Shown: in pieces, positions 55,561-64,000 of the stretch | Layout of the letters: every line of letters starts with the position of its first letter | How positions within the stretch are numbered: the stretch's first letter is position 1 | NCBI RefSeq assembly: GCF_006345805.1 | Contig: NC_043007.1 | Span: 2,480,001 to 2,544,000 of the forward strand | Source of the DNA: Octopus sinensis | Lineage: Eukaryota | Direction: 5' to 3' | DNA length: 64,000 bases | Notes under the pieces: generated by a model | Told to the model about the DNA's origin: nothing | What the model saw: the letters and a program-made list of their open reading frames with translations, nothing else | Database searches by the model: none | Translations under genes and position numbers: made by a program

Positions 55561-56328
55561 GAAAAGGAAACAGGGATAGAGAGATGAGAGAGAGATAAAT
55601 GGCATGCGATGGTTCATTAAATTATCCTTAATTAGATACATTTATTCTGTAAACATTATAGCGCAAACAAGCCGATCTATAAATAGCAGTATAACTGAAC
55701 TCCTGTCACATCTAAAACGGTTTCCTCCAACATATCTACACCATTCACTAAGCTAACTATAACGTCGCCTCCCCAAACCTCATATTCTCCACAAACTTTA
55801 TAACAAAATATCATTACCCTAGCGTCGTTAAATCATCTAATTACCGAAGTCCCGACACGCATCACATGTTATTGAACAAATAACGTTAAAAATAGGTGTC
55901 AATTTTCAAAATGAAGCAAAATTCCTCTATCAAACGTTGGCAATAACAAGTTCCTTAGCGGAAATAGCAGCTAAATATAAAATATTTCAAAACACGTTAT
56001 ATTGTCTTAAAGGTTACATGTTTTAATATATTTCTGGACACATTAAATCTGAATGGAGGAAGGGTGTGGTCTTTATTTCCTTTCTGAAATATGTGCTGAA
56101 TCGTAGGTGATTGGTTGTAACAAAGAGAAACACTAGTAAGAGATAAGGCCATTGAAGAATATTCTGACTAAGAACAATGCCAAGAGGCAACACAGAGTTT
56201 TGATGTCATGATCTTCGTTCAACATTAATGTTACAATTAGTAATAGTAACAAATAATATTTCAACATCATTCCCAAAATACACTCATAGATTCGCGAAAA
56301 TTTCGAATTCATATATATATATATATAT

Positions 56329-56362
<34 letters not shown>

Positions 56363-56392
56363 ATATATTATATATATATGTATATATATATT

Positions 56393-56709
56393 CAGTTGAA
56401 TATAGTACTTAAGTTAAAGGCACCAGAATTTGGTATGGTATAATCCATATAAATCAAAATGGGGGTGATTATAATCAAAATAAGCAACAAAGATATCCAA
56501 AGGTAGTGCAGTACAATCGTTTCATGCTACTTCCTTTAATTAAACAATGCAAGTATTACATCAGTTTTAAAATATAGAGCAATATGCACCTGAAGATTGC
56601 TCTATATTTTAAAACTGATGTAATACTTGCATTGTTTAATTAAATGAAGTCGCATGAAACGATTGTACTGCACTATCTTTGGATATCTTTGTTGCTTATT
56701 TTGATTATA
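56393..56709. mobile_element. (TA)n-embedded fold-back PLE end with hammerhead-like motif
   Basis: 114-bp inverted arms at 56470-56583 and 56596-56709; tgcac-CUGAAGA...GAAAC gauu GUA-cugca at 56585-56672. Confidence 0.75.
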
Positions 56710-56719
56710 TATATATATA

Positions 56720-58200
56720 TATATAGCAAAAGAAATTAAGTTTCGTAAATATCCACTTATACGGAATTCCCTATTAAGGAATCTGGAATCTTGAATCCTG
56801 GAACTCAAAAGGAAAATAGAATTATAGTACACTCGGATAAGACAGGAAATCTGTACAATTTGTATATTAATAAGTACCATGAATTTCTTCCGAATGAATT
56901 TACAAAGAATTATAAAGTAGTAAATAAGAATTATTAACTTGGAATCTAAGAAAATAAATGTCGGAATATAGAATTGAGGATAGAACTGAGCCATTTATTT
57001 CTAAAAGACCAAGAATCAATTTGAAGGACCATAAAGAAAATTTCCAAATTAACCCTAAAGTTAGACTAATATGTTTTGCAAAATCTGACATAGGTACATT
57101 AAGTCAGAATGTCTTAGATAAATACTCACCTATACCGAGCAAAAAGAATGAATTTGAACTTTGGGCAAACACCCAAGAAGCAATACGTTGATTCAACAGT
57201 ATTGTTAACAAATATAAATTAAAATTTTTACCAGTGGATATTGACAACTATTATTCTTCTAGTATTCCTATAACACTAAATATGGCTCTTATTTTCGTTG
57301 AGAAATTTCACTAACTTAAATGTGAAAAAAGTCATGCTATTTTCACAGCTAGAATATCAGTAATTAAGTTTGATAATAAATATTGGGTTTGATTAGATTC
57401 CTGTAATTCATCTGACACAACCATGGGATCCGCAGACTTCGTTCAGATAACAGTCCTAGTACTCACATACATTCTATATAACTTATATAATACATTCCTT
57501 GAAATTACGGGCGGATTATCCGGGGATTGATGCGCTGTGTCTAATTAAAAACCCATCAAATAGGAAATTGGAAATGTATAAGGAAATATTACATAAATTC
57601 TTTAAAAATTATAGTCTTTCAATCTCTATTGAACACGAAAATACTCGGTCATTTTTTTAATTATCAACTTTAATCTTGCAACTGATAGATTTGTACGTAT
57701 CTTAAGCCTAATACCAATCTAAGGTATAGAAATAATATGAGCAATCATCCAATATCAATGAACAACATTAACTACAAACATAGAGAAGAGACTAACTTAT
57801 TTGCACTTGAAAAAGCAGAATATAAGTGTAAAATATAATATTATAGATCCAATGAAAATAGTAAAGATAAAATAAGGAGTAACCCAAATATAATATATAT
57901 TGAATGGAATTAAACTACAGATAATAATAAAATAAATAATGTATAGAGAGAAAAATAAAAAAGTGATGATATAAACCCTATGATAAATGGCTAAATTTTG
58001 AAAATTATGAAAAAATATTAAGAATATTGTAAAAATAATACTAAAGTTGATTGTAAAGTCATGAAACCTGATACCAAATATGGTAGTGATAAATATGAAA
58101 ATAAAAAAAACTAGTAAAGCAAAAATTAATAACATTAATAACATATATGTTACTACTTTATAATCGTAAATATAATATTAATAAAAAAAGACGCGGCTGG
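56720..58200 (+). pseudogene. Decayed Penelope-like reverse transcriptase
   Basis: INLKDHKENFQINPKVRLICFAKSDIGTLSQNVLD...LWANTQEAIR*F...KFLPVDIDNYY matches the PLE RT motifs TLKDHKxNFxxNPxxRLINPAKSExG...WKNT...FDIxxFY. Confidence 0.85.
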
Positions 58201-58323
58201 TACACAATTACATCTTAGCACACTGGACCAACGTAAATCGAAGCATCTGCCTGAAAATATATGTCACGCTGCCCGTCCAGTAATATGTACTTTTCCTTCT
58301 TCTTAACATTTTCTGTGCTACCT

Positions 58324-58705
58324 TACTCTTTTACTCTCTTTTACTTGTTTCAGTCATTTGACTGCGGCCATGCTGGAGCACCGCCTTTAATCGAGCAACT
58401 CAACCCCGGGACTTATTCTTTTGTAAGCCCAGTACTTATTCTATCGGTCTCTTTTGCCGAACCGCTAAGTAACGGGGACATAAACACACCAGCATCGGTT
58501 GTCAAGCAATGCTAGGGGGACAAACACAGACACAAATACACACACGCATATATATACATATATACGACGGGCTTCTTTCAGTTTCCGTCTACCAAATCCA
58601 CTCACAAGGCTTTGGTCGACCCAAGGCTATAGTAGAAGACACTTGCCCAAGATGTCACGGAGTGGGACTGAACCCGGAACCATGTGGTTGGTAAACAAGC
58701 TACTT
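58324..58705 (-). mobile_element. SINE family 1, 3' portion (interrupted by the ORF1 element)
   Basis: Matches 4381-4781 up to tggtaaacaagctactt; the remainder is at 60746-60784. Confidence 0.9.
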
Positions 58706-59000
58706 TATTTCAACAATTTTGCCACTAGGGCAGCACACAGAGTAGCTACGGGCTGGACAAAGACATTAATGGCTGATGGTGGTGGTGGATGAAGATGGTG
58801 ATGGGAGAAGTCAAAAAGCGCCCGCCGACTCTTGCTTCTCTAAAACAATGTTCTTTTTTTTCCAATAATTTTACAAAATTTCCAAAATTTTACAAAAATT
58901 CAAAAATTTCAAAACAAAAATTCCAAATTTTACAATTTACAATTTCAAAAGTTTTTCCAGAGGCAATAAACCTCTATAGCAATACAACCCAAATACAGGT

Positions 59001-60188
59001 TCACGTTACCTGACCGATGAACGTTCTTGCTTTAATGACGCAATCGTTCTTCGTCAGGCCCCCGCATATAGGTATAACTTGCAAGAGATCCTCCGGGAAA
59101 GAATTCTCGATCCTGCACATATCATTTTCGAGTAGGATCTCCGCAGCCAGCTGTGAAGGCCACTCGGGATACTCCATGCAGGACCGAAGTCCCTCCCATT
59201 GGTTTCTCTTCCTCATCTTACCTATTTCATTCTCTAGTGTGCCTCCTTTGTGGAAGAGGACCACATAATATTTCTCCGGCCCTACAACCGCTGGAGGACA
59301 CATGGGAGACGCCGTCTGCGTGTTACAATCCGCTGGCGGCGTCCCGTTTCTTTTCTTTCTTTTTTTCTTTTTACCCTGGGCCACGGGAGGTTGAGGTTCC
59401 GGCGTTGCACACGCCGGGTCCACTCTTTCTCCCGTAGCTTCCGGGTCTTTTAGTGGGTCACCATTGTTTCCCACTTTTCGTTTTCTTGTTGAGGAAGCCA
59501 CCGCTTCCTCGTTCTGTTTCTCTCCCTCCATTGGTGGGACAGGGAGAGGCTCTGATATTAACTTCTCCAGGATCCTACTCTGGTTCCTGGGGCAGTTCTT
59601 CTTAATGTGGCCGGTCTCCAAACACAGGTGACACTTGGGGGGGGGGCGTCCCTCAAGCATCACCGGATACTTGGACCCGACCATCCTCAAAAAGTCCGGC
59701 AAAACCAGACTCTTGGCTGACTGGGTCCATAGAGTCAAAGTAGCCATTGACCCCTCCCAATCAGCCGCAGGCTGCATTCTTACGTTCAGGATCTTGGCGC
59801 TACCACCACTCAGACCCCGGCGGATAGAATCTTCCACCCACTCGGGCTCAAAGCCGGGTGGCAGGCCGCAGACCCATAATCTTATTAATTTTTCTCCCTT
59901 GTAGCTTGGGAGAAACAAAATCTCTTCGCCCTCAATGGGCTTGCTTGCGAAATTGCAAGCTGCTTTAGGGGAGTCAAACAGCAACCAAATCGTTGCGTAT
60001 TTGGCTCCCCGTTGAATGTATTTAACGGCTGGCATATAGTCTGCCAGCTCGTTCATAATAGTGGCTTTCGGAAAAACTATTATGGTGTTGAGTGACTTTG
60101 TCCTCAACACCACGGTTTTGTCCTCCAGCTCCTTCAGGTAACCCTTCGGGGGTGTTAACTCCTATATGGTTAACTCCTTTTTTGCCAT
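59001..60188 (-). CDS. Gag-like ORF1 protein (RRM-like region, CCHC zinc knuckle); one in-frame stop at codon 9
   Basis: CHLCLETGHIKKNC fits CX2CX4HX4C; RRM-like IWLLFDSPKAA and RLWVCGLPP; basic KKKKRKKR. The ATG at 60188 is in frame (MAKKELTI*ELTPPKGYLKELEDKTVVLR), with TAG at 60162-60164. Confidence 0.8.
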
Positions 60189-60328
60189 AACAAAAGTCCA
60201 ATAAGAAAAAAAACACAATGACAGAACAGAAAGACAGAACAGAGAAAAGGACGAAGGAAGACAGTTCAAATAATGGCAACACAGTTCTGCAACTGGTAAT
60301 CCTCACGAAACAGGGTACTCCTAGTTGC

Positions 60329-60447
60329 AGCACACTTGGTTCTCCGTGGTAAATCCAAGCACAATTAGTTCTCCGTGGTAAATCCAAGCACAATTGGTTC
60401 TCCGTGGTAAATCCAAGCACAATTGGTTCTCCGTGGTAAATCCAAGC
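60329..60447. repeat. 4 x 29-bp tandem repeat in the element's 5' UTR
   Basis: Unit agcacaattggttctccgtggtaaatcca. Confidence 0.95.
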
Positions 60448-60745
60448 GAACAAATTAATTTTTGAGGAGGGGCTATGCCTCTCAAAATACACAATTCTCA
60501 CTAAAAGGTGAGACAATAAATATGCCAACAGGCAGAACAAATACATCCGAAGCACAGTGAAGCTTATTACGCGCAGAAAAAGTGTTAACACTAATTAACA
60601 TTAATGCCAAAAAAGTATCAACGGCAAGCAATAAACCTCACTGTGCTTCCAAAAATATCCAAAATGTCCTACCTGTTGCCATAAAATGTTCAATATTTCA
60701 CGTTAACACGTGACATTTGCCGGAGCAAAAAACAACACGTCTGTC

Positions 60746-60784
60746 TGGTAAGAAGCTACTTACCACACAAACAATCCTGCGCCT
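60746..60784 (-). mobile_element. SINE family 1, displaced 5' end
   Basis: tggtaagaagctacttaccacacaaacaatcctgcgcct completes the SINE at 58324. Confidence 0.85.
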
Positions 60785-62399
60785 ATGTTTCTTTTACTTA
60801 ATGTTTCTTTTGGATAATTTTCCCTTTCCACTAACATCAACATTAAACTACTTAATTCGATCTCGTTTCCCCTGTTGCACAATGTAAAACAAATGTGTAC
60901 AACTCGAAATGGCTATTGTTGGAATTGTATTGAGAATCGAATATTCAATGGACAGTGAACTGAAATTAATTTGATTAGTTCTAATTTTAGCTTAATCAAA
61001 ATTCTACTATGTGAATTGATGAGATTTACCGATACATAGTCATCCGGGAATCATTTGGAACCAATCAGTCTGTATAGAAAGCGAGGGCATTATCATTTTT
61101 ATTTCAATCACATTCATCCTGTATCGGTGTCAAAATATTCCTTCGGTTTAAGTGACTCTATCAAAGACATTTCTATAATCAGATAAAGTTGGTATAATAG
61201 TTAAAAGGCAGCAAAGATATGTTCCCATTTTGTTAATCCGCCCATTCATGATGATCGTGAATAAGAATTCTGCTGCATACACATATACATACACATATAC
61301 ATACGCACATACACTCACACGTACACGGACGGGCACAGATATTCCTTTATGCATGCATGTATGAACTTTAGTATGCATTATGTCACTTTCTGTTAAAAAG
61401 TGTGTCGTTCCGTTTTGTAATATTATGCACTCGCGCGCCCACAAGCACATACAGATAGACACGTACATACATACATACACACACAGACACACACATACAC
61501 ATATATATATACACACACACACACACACACTCACACATATATATATATATTTATATGTTTAATTATATAGTTAATAGATGAGAATCAAATATTCTTCGCA
61601 TAGAATACATTTTGAAGTGCTCAAGACATTTAAAGTTGAGCATCTAGAGAAGTAAATGTAAGGAACATCAAGTTATGCAGGTCAATATAGAAAGTATATT
61701 GGATAGAATAAATACGAAAAAAACCTGTGTATGTTTACATACAAAAAGTTTCGATTTCCATAGAATAGAAATAATACCAATTAATTGAAGGGGTGGAAGA
61801 AAAGTATTAGAAATCTAACAGCTGTTTCTGGTCCTCGGTAGTCCAAAATAATGTCTGTACATTGATTGCATCGTCGGACGAGACGAGCCTCCGTCTTCAG
61901 GGAAGAAGTGTTACATTTGAGGTCTCGACAGAAAGTAGTTCATCTTTGAACTTCTTTTTGTGTCAGTCAGACCTTTTTGCGTGTAATGATACATACACAG
62001 ATTTGTATTTCATGTACTTAATATACTTTGTATATTGACACGCATAACCTGCATATCAGTACATTCACTTCTCTATATATAGTTATATACGTTTGAATAT
62101 TAGCTAATAAAATACTCCTATATGTGTGTGTGCTTGTGAGTGTGAGCGTGTATATATGTGTGTATGTGTGTGTGTGTAAGTATATACATTTGGGTAACAC
62201 GATTGATTTGTTAGCTAATATCGCTTTCCTTCCTTGGACAAAGAACAAAGAATATTGGAACCGTTGAAGTCGGTTTAACTCTGTTATACGATATTAACCA
62301 TGTGTCCCATTGGATACTAAATCTGTAAATGTATGTAACCTGTGTATTAGATATAAATATAGATAGAAGAAATGTATTTAATTTCTCAATAGACTGAAA

Positions 62400-62835
62400 A
62401 AGAAAGAAAAACTGATAATTGCCTCAATCGATTTTCGAACCTCATTGGTTCTCATCCGAAGTGACGGTGACAATTTGACCAGAGAAGAGAAGAAGGATGG
62501 CAATCCGTTTATATACTAAACAAATCTGTTGGCTACAAAGAACCGGAGCGACTGATTTGCTTACCGTAATTGTTTGCCGTTTATTTCATATTAAGGTCCT
62601 CTCAAGGGAAATCTCACTCCTTACAGCATTCAAGGATTATATAATATATGTACCGCAAAGAAAATATATTTAAGCAGAGCAAATTTAACTAATACTTCTG
62701 TAGAATGAAAACAAAATGTTGACAATCGTTAATCAATTTTCGAACCTTATTGAATTCTAATGCACCTTCGGTTTTACTCCATTGATCCTGAGAAGCAGTT
62801 GGATGGTATATGAAACATCCTAATAAATCTGTTTC
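62400..62835 (-). repeat. Two diverged tandem units carrying degenerate hammerhead-like motifs
   Basis: aatcgattttcgaacctcattggttctcatcc (62426) vs aatcaattttcgaaccttattgaattctaatgc (62731), followed by shared gagaag...ggatgg...aaatctgtt. Confidence 0.45.
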
Positions 62836-63881
62836 GTATTGGTTCCATCAATACCATCACTGTAAAAAAAAAACACCCAAAATTCTACAAAACGGATAAG
62901 CATAGAGAGGTGTTGAATTTACTTGGTGAGCTTCATCTATGGAGATAATTCTCTGATATTATTATAGAATTAAATGTTAATGTTTAACTAATTCACACAA
63001 CGTAACAGAACTAAAATTAGTTGTTACTCGTATAAATGATAAGTGTCAGACTTAAAATTCGAATGGTTTATAAATGTCATGGAAGGCAGAGCGAAACGAT
63101 TGATCGATGACTGTTCGTTAACTGAAAAGTTTTGCGATCGTAATAATATATTTTTGGTACTATTAACTAAATATGTGAGTCAATAAAGCCAGCAATTTCA
63201 GTAAATGCTTGGAATCATTAATTTTTCTAATGTCAACACTAAATGTTATGTCATGAAAAATTATTCGTTTTATGTTACCGTGGATATATTTATAATGAAG
63301 CAGAATAGATTTAATAGCTAAAACAATGAAAAATATAGAAACGAAGTTGTCATACTTCAAATACGCTGGTATGAGGTACTAAAACCAAATAAACACGAGT
63401 AGATTCAAGTAGGGCAGCTATGGTCTTGGTTATTTTATGAATGTGTGCACGCACACGCACACATGGACAGGCGCACACACACACACTCGCTCTCTCACCC
63501 ATGAAGGCGTATTTAGAAAGACAGACTTACACACAAACGAGCGCAATCAGGCACACACAAAACAAATTCGCTGTCGAAGATAGAAGCACACGTTTATAAA
63601 CACAGAGAGGTATGCATATGAATAAATAAAACTTAACATTCCATTGCGGTTAGAACTAACGAAACTAAGGAAGATATGTGCGCGTGTGTGTATAAATATT
63701 CGTGGGAATTTATATGTGTGTTTGTGTGCATGTATATATATATATATGCATAGGTATATATGCATGTAAAGGCACACGCACAGTTACGCACACACACACA
63801 TATATATATATATGTATATATACTGGCACACACTAATATATATCTATATATGTGTGTGTATTTATTTATTTATGTATGTAC

Positions 63882-63924
<43 letters not shown>

Positions 63925-64000
63925 CATGATGACCATATTCCAAGTGACGCAAACATCAGAATGCTGAATGGCATAAAGTCGACAGATCGAAAAACTTAGA

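Larger units (their letters stand above)
58706..60745 (-). mobile_element. ORF1-only non-LTR retroelement (HAL1-like, Tx1/L1 type), 2040 bp
   Basis: TSD tggtaa(ac/g)aagctactt at 58689-58705 and 60746-60761; 5' end GACAGACGTGTTGTTTTTTGCTCC; single ORF; ~295-nt 3' UTR ending GAAATA; no ORF2. Confidence 0.8.

Noticed and set aside
60329-60447. 29-bp repeats as a CRISPR array
   Set aside because: Units are contiguous with no spacers, in the UTR of a eukaryotic retroelement.
60022-60591. 189-aa ORF upstream of ORF1
   Set aside because: Runs through UTR tandem repeats and T-rich sequence; the ATG at 60188 in the ORF1 frame is the more plausible start.
61808-61895. Minus-strand CUGAAGA...GAAACAGCUGUUA hammerhead
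   Set aside because: Helix III palindrome is present but stems I and II do not pair convincingly.

Overview
AT-rich, microsatellite-dense eukaryotic DNA with no confidently identifiable host gene. The SINE families and repeat landscape look like an octopus (coleoid cephalopod) genome; this is inferred from recalled repeat sequences, not a search. Most ORFs in the supplied track are microsatellite or SINE artefacts. The window holds three tRNA-derived SINE families, mariner-type and hairpin MITEs, a Helitron-like fragment, a decayed Tx1/L1 ORF2 and many Penelope-like element (PLE) remnants. Three things stand out. (1) A 2.04-kb ORF1-only (HAL1-like) Tx1/L1-type element, with target-site duplication, sits inside the tRNA-like head of a SINE. 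Its 3' tail resembles that of a SINE subfamily whose copies are stacked at one fixed internal site of other SINE copies. (2) Head-to-head fold-back insertions recur inside (TA)n tracts, the largest a ~1.75-kb palindrome encoding a PLE GIY-YIG C-terminus. (3) These PLE ends carry minimal hammerhead-ribozyme motifs with non-canonical cores, including a compensatory U3:A8 pair.
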